Sequence record: SRR2962707_2686
DNA length: 46,713 bases
Reading direction: 5' to 3' (one strand)
In this document: one piece after another, positions 18,683-28,069 of the stretch
How positions within the stretch are numbered: position 1 is the first letter of the stretch
How the letters are laid out: each line of letters begins with the position of its first letter
The notes under the pieces: generated by a model
Told to the model about the DNA's origin: nothing
The model's input: the letters and a program-made list of their open reading frames with translations, nothing else
Database searches by the model: none
Program-made: the position numbers and the translations under genes

Positions 18683-19306
18683 ATGAAAAGCGCGAAAGTC
18701 TTCTGGGACAAGGCGGCGCCTCGTTACGCCAAGAGCCCGGTCAAGGACGAAGAAACCTACCAGAAGAAGCTGTCGATAACCCGGAGCTATTTTCAGCGCG
18801 ATTGGTCGGTGTTGGAGTTTGGCTGTGGTACTGGCAGTACCGCCATCCAACATGCCGCTCATGTGGGCCGGATTCTGGCCACGGATGTTTCTCCCAGAAT
18901 GCTGGAGATCGCGGAAGGGAAGGTTCGTGAGGCGGGAATTACCAATATCCGCTTTCAGGAGGGCAGCCTGGAAACCCTGAAGCTGGCGTCATCCAGTTTC
19001 GATGCGGTGTTGGGACTGAATATCCTGCATTTGCTGGAGGACGTTCCGGGTGCGGTCCGTTGTGTTCATTCTCTGCTCAAACCGGGAGGCATTTTCGTTT
19101 CCAGCACCGCGCTGGTTGCCGAGATGGCGTTCTATTGGCGATGGGGCATTCCGGTAATGCAGCGTCTGGGATTGGCTCCCTATGTGAGCCCGTTGAGTGA
19201 GAAGGGACTGGTGACCCAACTGACCGATACGGGATTCCACATCGATCACGAATGGCGGGTAACCAGGGAGTCGGTTTTTATCATCGCCAGGAAGCCGTTG
19301 ATATGA
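18683..19306 (+). CDS. Class I SAM-dependent methyltransferase
   Basis: FWDKAAPRYAK, VLEFGCGTG and LKPGG. Confidence 0.9.
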   Translation: MKSAKVFWDKAAPRYAKSPVKDEETYQKKLSITRSYFQRDWSVLEFGCGTGSTAIQHAAHVGRILATDVSPRMLEIAEGKVREAGITNIRFQEGSLETLKLASSSFDAVLGLNILHLLEDVPGAVRCVHSLLKPGGIFVSSTALVAEMAFYWRWGIPVMQRLGLAPYVSPLSEKGLVTQLTDTGFHIDHEWRVTRESVFIIARKPLI

Positions 19307-19665
19307 ACTACGAGGAATTCAATGCGTTCTGCCGCTCTCTGCCGGCGACTTCCCATGTCGTCCAGTGGGGCGGTTCCCATGTCTGGAAGGTGGGAGGCAA
19401 GGTTTTCGCTATCGGAGGGTGGCAAAAGGACGGCCAGCCGGCCTTTACTTTCAAGGCTTCGGAGCTGAACTTCCATATCCTGAGCGAGGAGCCCGGGTTC
19501 CGGCCGGCGCCCTATCTGGCTTCCCGCGGCATGAAGTGGATACAGCAATACGATGCTCCCGCCGAGTCGGATGAGCAGCTCAGGTACTACATCAAGGAAT
19601 CCCACCGTATTGTTGCCTCGGGACTAACCAAGAAGAAGCAGAGGGAGCTGGGCCTAGTGGAGTAA
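19303..19665 (+). CDS. MmcQ/YjbR family DNA-binding protein
   Basis: VWKVGGKVFA, RPAPYLA and LTKKKQ; ATGA coupling to the upstream gene. Confidence 0.88.
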   Translation: MNYEEFNAFCRSLPATSHVVQWGGSHVWKVGGKVFAIGGWQKDGQPAFTFKASELNFHILSEEPGFRPAPYLASRGMKWIQQYDAPAESDEQLRYYIKESHRIVASGLTKKKQRELGLVE

Positions 19666-19680
19666 AAAGAGCGCAGTCCT

Positions 19681-20520
19681 TTACCCGCCCTGTCGCTCCG
19701 ATAGCCGTTCTTCCAGCGTGCCCAGGCGTTTTTCCATTGTTCTCAGAAGGTCCAGCATCTCCTGCCGTTCATCATGAGCGCGCTGGTTCTCCCGCTCCCT
19801 TTCCTCCCGCAGTTCCATGTCGTGTACCTCCTGGGTGGCGTTGACAATGATGGCGATGAACAGGTTCAGCACCATGAAACTGGAGATAAGAATGAAGGGG
19901 ACAAAGAAGATCCAGGCATGGGGGAATTGCTCGATCACCGGACGGGCGATGCCCATGGACCAGCTTTCCAGGGTCATGATCTGAAACAGGGTATAGATAC
20001 TGGCGCCCAGAGTGCCAAACCATTCCGGGAATGCCTCGCCGAACAGTTCCGTACCCATTACTCCGAAGATGTAGAACATCATCAGCAGCAGGGCCGCGGT
20101 CCAGCCGATGCCGGGCAGCGAGTGCATAAGGGATTCCACCAGCATGCGCAGCCGTTTTACCGTGGACAGGAGCCGCAGTACCCGGAGGATGCGAAGGCTG
20201 CGCAGGATCGCCAACTGACCGGAGGTGGGAGCCAGGGAGAGGCCGATGATGAGAAAATCGAAAAGATTCCAGCCGGAGCGGAAGAAGCGGGGGCCGAAGG
20301 CGGTCAGCTTGATCAGAATCTCCGCCACGAACACCGCCAGGATGATGCTGTTGAGCAGTGCCAGTAACCCGCCGGCGGCTTCTTCCGCGGCGGCGGAAGT
20401 CTCCACCCCCAGAACGATGGCATTGAGGAGGATCAGGGCGGTAATGAAGTGCCGCACTGGCGCTGATTCGATCCACTCTCCCAGCCGTTGGCGCCAACTG
20501 TTCAAGACAAGCGTTGTCAT
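19681..20520 (-). CDS. Bacterial voltage-gated sodium channel (BacNav-type ion transporter)
   Basis: Six TM segments; S4 RSLRILRVLR; selectivity filter TLESWSM; LNLFIAIIV gate; C-terminal coiled coil. Confidence 0.92.
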   Translation of the reverse strand: MTTLVLNSWRQRLGEWIESAPVRHFITALILLNAIVLGVETSAAAEEAAGGLLALLNSIILAVFVAEILIKLTAFGPRFFRSGWNLFDFLIIGLSLAPTSGQLAILRSLRILRVLRLLSTVKRLRMLVESLMHSLPGIGWTAALLLMMFYIFGVMGTELFGEAFPEWFGTLGASIYTLFQIMTLESWSMGIARPVIEQFPHAWIFFVPFILISSFMVLNLFIAIIVNATQEVHDMELREERERENQRAHDERQEMLDLLRTMEKRLGTLEERLSERQGG

Positions 20521-20897
20521 ACCTTCTCCATCCGTTCAATAGCCTTCGTCACCGGCCCGGGTTCTCCCGGCCGATGGGTCCGGCGTGAAGTATACATTGT
20601 GTGATTTAGGAGTCCGACAGCTGGAACCTGGCAGTTAGTACAGAGTGATAAGAGGAAAGAACGACGGAGTCTTTGCCGAATACCGGCGTGGCTTAGATGG
20701 TTACTGCCGGCAGGCGGTCGAAGAGTCGTTCGGGCCGTACTTGTCGCTCTGGCGGGAGCGGGCGATCAAACGGCTGATTGGACCACCTCCTGAGTTTCTG
20801 GCATTACCCAACGAGGTTTCAAAAGGATGACGGTTCCGAAGGGGCGTTGAGAAGTGATAGGGTGAGTTCTTTCCTGCAAGAGTGAAGGATATGGCCA

Positions 20898-21274
20898 ATG
20901 AAAAGGATTTTAAGGAAGTTGTTCGGTTTGAAAACAGGCACGAGAAGCCCTGATGAAGCCTTTCCCGCCAGGAAAACCCCGGAAGATTGGGCATCCTGAA
21001 ATGGCTGGAGGATTACAACGGTCTCACGGTTCAGGAAGTTCAGGTCGCCGAAGATGACTTTGTCATAGTGCTGATCAGCGAGGCACGGCAGCCTCTGCCT
21101 TTGGGAGTCGACCCGCCCAACGGGCGAATGGATCTTCTTGTCGCCACCGTTATAACCGATGACGAGATGGAATGGTTCATGGGGAACGGTCGGGGTGCGC
21201 TGCTGGACAAGTTGATCGCCGCGGGAGTGGGGCAAGTCAGCGAGAAGGGCGGAAAATCAATCCTGCAGGGATAA
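20898..21274 (+). pseudogene. Frameshifted gene, possibly SUFU-like immunity fragment
   Basis: MKRILRKLFG...EAF in one frame continues as RQENPGRLGILKW... in another frame near 20963. Confidence 0.4.
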
Positions 21275-21281
21275 TGACACG

Positions 21282-21914
21282 ATGCTTGATGAATCAGAGA
21301 TGAATCCGGAGCGCTGGGCCCGACTTATGACGCTGTGGGGCTTCGGCGACAATACCGAGACGTATCGCTCCTTGGTGTCTTCCTACTCAGGGAAGGGCCG
21401 TTACTACCATTCGCGAGAACATGTTTCCGCTTGTCTTCGACATCTGGATAGATGCGTTTCGGAGATACAGTCCCCCCGTGAAGTAGAATTGGCCTTATGG
21501 TTTCATGATGCCATCTATGAGCCGCTTTCAGGAAAGAACGAGAAGAAGAGTGCTGACTGGGCACAATCTTTCGTGCTGGAGAATGGAGCATCCAGAGATA
21601 TCGCCGATAGGGTGCACCGTCTCATTATGGTGACCGAGCACAATGCTCCTGCGAAGACGAGTGATGAATCGCTGCTAGTGGATATCGATCTGGCTGTATT
21701 GGGCGCGGAACCCGCAACTTACCAGGTCTTCGAAGAAGGCGTGCGAAGCGAATACAAGATGGTGCCATGGCCTTTATATAAAAAGAAGAGAGTGGAGGTG
21801 CTCAAGGGCTTTCTTGATCGCCCCAGGATCTTTAAGAACGAGCCTTTCCTGACGGAGCGCGAGCAGCAGGCCAGAAAAAATCTGGCGGCTGCAATATCGA
21901 AACTGGACGGATAG
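21282..21914 (+). CDS. HD-domain metal-dependent phosphohydrolase (COG4339-like)
   Basis: RYYHSREHV, LALWFHDAIY, NEKKSA and DIDLAVLG. Confidence 0.88.
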   Translation: MLDESEMNPERWARLMTLWGFGDNTETYRSLVSSYSGKGRYYHSREHVSACLRHLDRCVSEIQSPREVELALWFHDAIYEPLSGKNEKKSADWAQSFVLENGASRDIADRVHRLIMVTEHNAPAKTSDESLLVDIDLAVLGAEPATYQVFEEGVRSEYKMVPWPLYKKKRVEVLKGFLDRPRIFKNEPFLTEREQQARKNLAAAISKLDG

Positions 21915-21952
21915 TCAGAAGAGATCCGGGATAACAGAGTCAGTAAGGGAGT

Positions 21953-22237
21953 TTGGCGGTGTCGAAAGTGATATTGAAAGGGTACATCGTGGTACCCGAG
22001 CCCGATCTTGAAGCCGTCAAGACCGAGCTGGCTAAGCATATTGATTCCACTTTGAGAGAGCCCGGCTGCCTCTTGTTTGAGGTGTCCCAGGATGTGTCCA
22101 ATCCGTACAGATTCAATGTCCATGAGGTATTTTCGGATAATGACGCTTTTGAAGCTCACCAGACGCGAGTGCGGCAATCAAAGTGGGGGAAGGTTTCCGC
22201 AAGAGCGGAGCGGCATTACAAGGTTAGTCACCGATAG
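21953..22237 (+). CDS. Antibiotic biosynthesis monooxygenase family protein
   Basis: TLREPGCLLFEV...F.VHEVF...AFEAHQ. Confidence 0.85.
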   Translation: MAVSKVILKGYIVVPEPDLEAVKTELAKHIDSTLREPGCLLFEVSQDVSNPYRFNVHEVFSDNDAFEAHQTRVRQSKWGKVSARAERHYKVSHR

Positions 22238-22294
22238 ATGAAGATATATACAGGAAACCTGCTTCGCCGCTGAGTTATAAGGAGATTGTGAACT

Positions 22295-22633
22295 TTGGAC
22301 GCCAAAGAATTTGCAGCACGCTGGAAATCCGAGAAGGACTCGACTCTGAGGCTGCTTCGAGAAGGGCAAGGGCTGGCCGCGCAGCGAATCAGGGAAATAG
22401 GGCTTTCTACCGACCAGCAAGCGAAACTTTGGGCAGCTATGGATGTGGCGTTGACGGACGTCTTCTACACGCTGCTTCTTGGTTTGGATGGTAGTGCGGG
22501 CATCGGGGGTATCCAGGAGGCGTATACGATCCGGGACGAACAGGGGAACACACTTGCCGGCAACGGTGAGTTGGAGGCGGCCGCATACGAACAGTTCCAC
22601 GGTCTGGGTAGTAGGGTGAGACATGCGGATTGA
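22295..22633 (+). CDS. Hypothetical protein
   Basis: AAGGAG RBS with TTG start; TDVFYTLLLGLDG conserved-looking motif. Confidence 0.65.
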   Translation: MDAKEFAARWKSEKDSTLRLLREGQGLAAQRIREIGLSTDQQAKLWAAMDVALTDVFYTLLLGLDGSAGIGGIQEAYTIRDEQGNTLAGNGELEAAAYEQFHGLGSRVRHAD

Positions 22634-23057
22634 AAGTGTCAAGAAGAGCGACCATGGTCGTTTGATAGAAATATGGGAAGCGTCCGTCAGGGCAACTCAT
22701 GACTTTCTAATGGAAGAAGATATAGAGGTGCTCAGGCCACTTATACTTGAGCAATACTTTGACGCGGTTGAGCTTACCTGTGCCCGGGATGAATCCGGCG
22801 AGATTAAGGGATTCTGTGGCGTGAGCGAAGGAAACATAGAGATGCTGTTCATCACACCGGAGGCACGCGGAACCGGTGTCGGGTCTTTACTGGTGGCGCA
22901 AGCCGTGGAGTGGCAAGGTGCCACAAAAGTAGACGTTAATGAACAGAACGACCAGGCTCTGGGTTTCTATAAGCGCATCGGTTTTTCGGTAGTGGGTCGC
23001 TCGCCTTTGGATGGGCAGGGTAAACCCTACCCACTATTACACATGGAATTGGCTTAG
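22623..23057 (+). CDS. GNAT acetyltransferase (YjaB-like)
   Basis: IWEASVRATHDFL, VDVNEQN..A.GFY and DGQGKPYPLLHM. Confidence 0.9.
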   Translation: MRIESVKKSDHGRLIEIWEASVRATHDFLMEEDIEVLRPLILEQYFDAVELTCARDESGEIKGFCGVSEGNIEMLFITPEARGTGVGSLLVAQAVEWQGATKVDVNEQNDQALGFYKRIGFSVVGRSPLDGQGKPYPLLHMELA

Positions 23058-23424
23058 TCGGCCTGGCTGCGATCCAGAGATTCGTGCACTTCCGAGACGG
23101 CTTTGTCCCTTATCGCGCCGATTTACGGATATGAGCGACTCATCGGCTTCCTGTACTACGATCTGCCGTTGAATGGCGGGGACGGACCTGGCCGCGAGCT
23201 TTCGTCTTGAAAGCGTCGATGACGCGCTGAGTGTCATTCTGGAAGAGATCCATGTGCTCTAGATGGAGATCAGCGATGGCCGGAGCGGGAGCGATGCTGT
23301 CTGGTGGCGTTGGCACGGCAAAGCATCGGGCAGGATCAGGCAAGGGGGATGCCTTGCCGTTCGCCTGGGTTTATGTTGGCATGCTACACGTCAACTGACC
23401 TTGGCTAATCGTGAGAGCGTTCCA

Positions 23425-24294
23425 ATGACCGACGACACCTATACACCTCCGAAAGTCTGGCAATGGGAGCCCGGCAACGGCGGTAAGTTCGCCAACATCA
23501 ACCGGCCCATCGCTGGTGCCACCCATGACAAAGAACTGCCGGTGGGCAAGCACCCATTGCAGCTTTACTCCCTGGCTACGCCCAATGGCGTCAAGGTCAC
23601 GGTAATGCTGGAGGAATTGCTGGCTCTTGGCCATACCGGGGCTGAGTATGACGCCTGGTTGATCAATATCGGTGAAGGCGATCAATTCGGCAGCGGCTTC
23701 GTGGAAATCAATCCGAATTCCAAGATTCCCGCCATGGTGGATCACAGCGTGGACCCGCCGCAGCGTGTTTTTGAAACCGCCTCCATTGTCCTGTATTTGG
23801 CGGAGAAATTCGGCGCTCTGATACCCAAGGAGCACGGGGCCCGCACCGAGTGTATGAACTGGCTGTTCTGGCAGCAGGGCGCGGCGCCTTTCCTGGGCGG
23901 TGGTTTCGGCCACTTTTATGCCTATGCCCCGGAGAAGTATCGCTATCCCATCGATCGCTACACCATGGAAGTGAAACGCCAGCTCGACGTGTTGGATCGC
24001 CACCTGGCGGAGAACACTTATCTGGCCGGTGATGAATATTCCATCGCTGATGTGGCCACCTGGCCCTGGTACGGACAGTTGGTATTGGGACGTTTGTACG
24101 ACGCCGCTGAATTCCTGGATGTGACGTCCTACAAGAATGTGACCCGTTGGGCCAACGAAATTGACGCTCGCCCGGCGGTGAGCCGTGGCCGTATGGTGAA
24201 CCGGACTTTTGGCAAGCCCGAAACCCAGCTCCGAGAGCGTCATGACGCCAGCGATTTCGATACGCGCACCCAGGATAAGCTTGAGGCGTCCTGA
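23425..24294 (+). CDS. yghU: Glutathione-dependent disulfide-bond oxidoreductase YghU
   Basis: YTPPKVW...FANINRPIAG, YSLATPNGVKV and LRERHDASDF. Confidence 0.9.
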   Translation: MTDDTYTPPKVWQWEPGNGGKFANINRPIAGATHDKELPVGKHPLQLYSLATPNGVKVTVMLEELLALGHTGAEYDAWLINIGEGDQFGSGFVEINPNSKIPAMVDHSVDPPQRVFETASIVLYLAEKFGALIPKEHGARTECMNWLFWQQGAAPFLGGGFGHFYAYAPEKYRYPIDRYTMEVKRQLDVLDRHLAENTYLAGDEYSIADVATWPWYGQLVLGRLYDAAEFLDVTSYKNVTRWANEIDARPAVSRGRMVNRTFGKPETQLRERHDASDFDTRTQDKLEAS

Positions 24295-24315
24295 TCACGG
24301 AGGGCATGAGCAGGG

Positions 24316-24633
24316 ATGAGTGCACTCTTTCATAACGGAAGGTACAGGCTGGATACTGTTCCCCGTGAGATGAGAATGTCTCACTGGGTCCATGCTCCGG
24401 TGCTCATTGATACGGAGACGTCCGAGGTCCTGCTGGATCTCGGCGACAGTCTTTGGGACCTACGAGGGGCGAAGGAGGAAGGGCGGGCTATCCTGCTGAC
24501 ACTGGCGCATTATCCGGATGGTAATAAAGAATACGAGCTGCTTTTGTATCCAGATGCCGGAACGATGGCCGTTGGTGGTTGTGAGTATCCGTTGGCCAGA
24601 GCCGCGGAGATCTTGAAAACCGCGCTGCCATAA
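24316..24633 (+). CDS. Hypothetical protein
   Basis: 105-aa ORF downstream of yghU; EMRMSHWV..P motif. Confidence 0.55.
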   Translation: MSALFHNGRYRLDTVPREMRMSHWVHAPVLIDTETSEVLLDLGDSLWDLRGAKEEGRAILLTLAHYPDGNKEYELLLYPDAGTMAVGGCEYPLARAAEILKTALP

Positions 24634-24895
24634 AGTCCATTGCAAATAAAGTGCACCGTGAGACCCTGTATGCGGTGCCTGTTGGCAGCGGGGTTTACGT
24701 CATGGCTTCTTTAAACCCTGTATTGGATAGAAAGGCGCATATTATCGTGGACAACAACGAGGTGGACAGGCCGTTTATCGTCAAATGGGATGATCGTTCA
24801 CTGGATTGAAAGGGGCATGTGTGACCCTGGCAAGGTAAAAAATCCAATCCCCACGTCGCTTGGCGTGGTCAGTCGCTCCCCAGGAGGGAACGGAT

Positions 24896-25459
24896 ATGTC
24901 TCTTTCAGTGAATACGCTGGGTGAAATACGGGCCCTGGTGCGCGGTGGGTTCGATGAGCGTGATGACATCATCGGAATCCTGTGTGAGGAGATGTATGAA
25001 CCGGGAGAGCTGGACGAGCAGGCGGTGGAGCAGGCCGTGGACGCTGCTTTCAGTGAATTGGAGCATGAAAAACGCCAATGGCCGGCGGTAACGGATTGCG
25101 ACCGTTTGGAGCAGGCGTTCCTGGCGCTCAATAAGCGGGGTGTGATTGCCTTGCATAATGCCGGGTACACGCAGGATGACGGCTATGCCGACGTTCAGGA
25201 GGTGTTCTCTGAACACCCTGAGCAGGACGGCGTTAGCGGCTACTGCTTTTACCACGGTCAGGATCTGGAATGCGTGGTATCCGGCGGTGGTCTATATCTG
25301 GCCTTTGGCCCCATGGACCCGGTGCATGAAGAGACGGAGGGGCCAGTGGTGGGCACGCTGATTGTCGAGGAACTCACCAAAGCCGGCCTGGATGTGCAAT
25401 GGGATGGTACCTTCGCCCATCGTATCTTCATTCCCGATATGGATTGGCAGCGCCGCTAA
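24896..25459 (+). CDS. DUF6891-like hypothetical protein
   Basis: WP.VTDCDRL..AF..L...G, GYCFYHGQD and WDGT...RI; GGAGG RBS. Confidence 0.7.
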   Translation: MSLSVNTLGEIRALVRGGFDERDDIIGILCEEMYEPGELDEQAVEQAVDAAFSELEHEKRQWPAVTDCDRLEQAFLALNKRGVIALHNAGYTQDDGYADVQEVFSEHPEQDGVSGYCFYHGQDLECVVSGGGLYLAFGPMDPVHEETEGPVVGTLIVEELTKAGLDVQWDGTFAHRIFIPDMDWQRR

Positions 25460-25470
25460 GCCAGCGCGTG

Positions 25471-25857
25471 TTACTGCCATTTGCTTTCGATGGGAGTGCC
25501 CCGTCCCACGGTCTTGGTCACCGGGGTTTTGGCGGCGATCTCCAGTAGCCGCTGCCGTTGCTCGTCGGTCAGCTCTCTGCTGCAGGACAGGGTCCGGTCG
25601 ATAAACTCGTTGCCGTCTTCGCCGCGACGGAAGTGCAGATGCACGCTGATTTCTCCCAGATCCCAGCCCTTGCGGTCGGCGTACATGCGCAGGGTAATGG
25701 AGGTACAGGCACCCAGGCCGGAGAGCAGCAGTTCGTAGGGATTGGGGCCGCTGTCCTCTCCACCCAGATCGGCGCCCTCATCGGCCTGAAGGCGATGGTG
25801 GCGGGCGTGGATATGCTGCTGGTAGTGGGTGTCGCTGTATACCGATACCTTGGCCAT
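25471..25857 (-). CDS. OsmC family protein
   Basis: ADE...GG.DSGPNPYELLLSGLGACTSITLRMYA; the second Cys position reads KTPV. Confidence 0.88.
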   Translation of the reverse strand: MAKVSVYSDTHYQQHIHARHHRLQADEGADLGGEDSGPNPYELLLSGLGACTSITLRMYADRKGWDLGEISVHLHFRRGEDGNEFIDRTLSCSRELTDEQRQRLLEIAAKTPVTKTVGRGTPIESKWQ

Positions 25858-25970
25858 TGCGGTCTCCTTGGCGAGGGGCGAACAGAGTTCATACTGTGCC
25901 ACACCCATGCCGGTATCGGGAATGCCCCTCGCCGTTGGAATCCTGTCTCCGTCGGGAGGGGCGGTCTGAA

Positions 25971-26603
25971 TCAGACTGCGTGGGAGGCCAGATCATTATC
26001 GATTTGCCGTGCCTTGATGGCCGCGGGGCGCTCCATCAGATTGGCGCAGTAGCGTTCGAATACCGGCCGCTTTTCAATGGCGCCGACAGCCATCTCGTAA
26101 CCCAGGTAAGCGCCAGCGAGCAGGTCGGCGGCGGTGAATCGCTTTCCAACCAGGTAATCGCGCCAGCGTAGTTCGTTTTCCAGCGTATTCAGTACCCGGT
26201 CCAGCGTGCCGTATCCGGCGGTGGCCGCCTTCTCGGCATCGTTGCCGATCTCGAAACCCAGCACATGGTTGGTGCAGGCGGCATCGAACGGGCCGGCGAT
26301 GAAAAACAGCCAACGATAGTAAGCGCCCCGCTCCCGGCTGGTCGGAGCCGGTGCCAGTCCGGCTTGCGGGAAGGCATCGGCCAGATAGGCGCAGATCGCC
26401 GAGACTTCGGTGACAACGGTGTCGCCGTGCACCAGGGCGGGTACCTTCCCCATCGGGTTGATCGCCAGATAGTCCGCGTCTCTCATCCCCAAACCGAACG
26501 ACAAAACATGAGTGCGGTAGGGCTGATTTACTTCTTCAAGCATCCACCGCGCCACCCGCGCCCGAGACATGGGATTGGTATAGAAAACCAGATCCTGACT
26601 CAT
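25971..26603 (-). CDS. Glutathione S-transferase family protein
   Basis: YTNPMSRAR..RWMLEE, INPMGKVP and FTAADL. Confidence 0.9.
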   Translation of the reverse strand: MSQDLVFYTNPMSRARVARWMLEEVNQPYRTHVLSFGLGMRDADYLAINPMGKVPALVHGDTVVTEVSAICAYLADAFPQAGLAPAPTSRERGAYYRWLFFIAGPFDAACTNHVLGFEIGNDAEKAATAGYGTLDRVLNTLENELRWRDYLVGKRFTAADLLAGAYLGYEMAVGAIEKRPVFERYCANLMERPAAIKARQIDNDLASHAV

Positions 26604-26691
26604 GCAATCCTCTCCGTGTCGTTATTGATTGGAAGAGGAGTGTAAGAGTGTCTCCTGTCAGATAATGGCAGCAGTGTTGCCGGACGGGGCG

Positions 26692-27435
26692 TCAGCCCTT
26701 CTTCGCCACTTTCTCCAGCGCCAGCAGGGTATCCATGTAACTGACGAAGTGGCTCAGATAGTCCGGTGACAGGCCGCGCAGGGTTTCGACGCTGCGGGTA
26801 ACCAGGCGGTGTGCGTTGAGCGGGCCGGCGTCGCCGGGTGTCTGGGCGATGGCGTGGTCGATGCGTTTTTGGGTATGCAGGCGGGCGCGGGTGGCGCGCA
26901 GCTGGCGCAGGGCCTTGAGTTCCCGCGGCGATGTCAGGGGACGGATGTCGCGAGGCCCCTTGCCGGCGACCTTCTGAAACAGGTTGGGATGGTCTCTTAG
27001 CAGGGAATCCAAAGGGGTGTTGTCGGCGTCTTCGTCGTCGATATCGTTGTTTTGCAGTGCCTCCAGCAATGCCACCAGCGGTGACGGTGATCTCCGTACC
27101 TGCTGCTCGGCGAGGCGCTGGAAGGCGCGCAGGTCACCGCTTTCGAACAGATGATCCAGCTGTGCCTGTGTCGTGTCGTCGAGAGTGTCATAAGGCAAAG
27201 CGGCGCGTCGTGCCCGGGCCGCCTCCCGCGCTTCTTCGAAGCGTGTTTGATAGTCCGTCAGTGCTTGCTGCAATTTGTCCTGCTGAGCCGGTGTTGGCGC
27301 GCGCGGGCTTTCCGCCAGCCGTCGCGCCAGCGCTTCCAGATAACGGAAGCGCACCGGATCGTAGCGGTCGGCGCGGTCGTCACGTAACCGGGCAAGGCGG
27401 TCCAGAGGCGTGGGGGCCGAATTGACGTCACTCAT
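26692..27435 (-). CDS. DUF2894-like protein (Zorya type III accessory, ZorG-like)
   Basis: DPVRFRYLEALARR, AGPLN..RLV and LSPDYL.HF.SY.DTL; last gene of the operon. Confidence 0.75.
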   Translation of the reverse strand: MSDVNSAPTPLDRLARLRDDRADRYDPVRFRYLEALARRLAESPRAPTPAQQDKLQQALTDYQTRFEEAREAARARRAALPYDTLDDTTQAQLDHLFESGDLRAFQRLAEQQVRRSPSPLVALLEALQNNDIDDEDADNTPLDSLLRDHPNLFQKVAGKGPRDIRPLTSPRELKALRQLRATRARLHTQKRIDHAIAQTPGDAGPLNAHRLVTRSVETLRGLSPDYLSHFVSYMDTLLALEKVAKKG

Positions 27436-28069
27436 CGTTCTCTGCCTGATTGCTCTGGCGCGGTACGGTGGTGATCTCCACCCGGCGGTTCTGGGCGCGG
27501 GAAGCCTCGCTCTGGTTTGGAACCACCGGCTGGTTATCGCCGAAAGCGGCGGCGAAGATGCGATCCGCCGGCATGCCCTGGGCGATCAGGGTGCGGGTGA
27601 CGGTGAGCGCTCTCTGTGCTGAGAGTCCCCAGTTGTCCTGATAACGCGGATTTCCTTTCTGGATTGCCAGGTCGTCGGTGAAGCCGCTCACCATCAGCAA
27701 CTCATCATGCTCGCTGAGATAATTCCGCAGCGGTTCCACCAGGCTGCTCAGCAATTTTTCGCCCTTGGGTTGCAGGACATCGGAATTGAGCGCGAACAGC
27801 ACACTTCCGCTGATGCCGATGCGGCCGTTATGGAAAGTGATGCGACCGCTGGAGAGGGGATCCCGCAGGGCGTCTTCCAGGGCGATACGGCGCTGTTCCT
27901 CCACTTGGCGGCGGGCTTTTTCCTGTTGCAGGGACTGGCTCAGCTCCAGCTGGATGCCGATCACCCACACCGTGATCAGCACAAAGATGCCCACCAGTGC
28001 CGCCATCAGATCGGAGAAGATGGCCCATACCGGCGTGGCCTGGGCCTGGCTGTCGTGCAGCTCGTCCAT
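27428..28069 (-). CDS. zorB: ZorB-like MotB/OmpA-domain protein
   Basis: N-terminal TM WAIFSDLM with the conserved Asp; OmpA motifs GFTD, NWGLSAQRA and NRRVEI. Confidence 0.8.
   Translation of the reverse strand: MDELHDSQAQATPVWAIFSDLMAALVGIFVLITVWVIGIQLELSQSLQQEKARRQVEEQRRIALEDALRDPLSSGRITFHNGRIGISGSVLFALNSDVLQPKGEKLLSSLVEPLRNYLSEHDELLMVSGFTDDLAIQKGNPRYQDNWGLSAQRALTVTRTLIAQGMPADRIFAAAFGDNQPVVPNQSEASRAQNRRVEITTVPRQSNQAENDE

Noticed and set aside
23310-23326. Sigma54 promoter candidate TGGCACGGCAAAGCA (similar TGGCAC words at 3365 and 38762)
   Set aside because: GG-GC spacing is off by one, or the -12 element is missing.
23060-23345. Possible IS or transposase remnant on the minus strand
   Set aside because: Only short ORF fragments; no recognisable transposase motif or terminal repeats.
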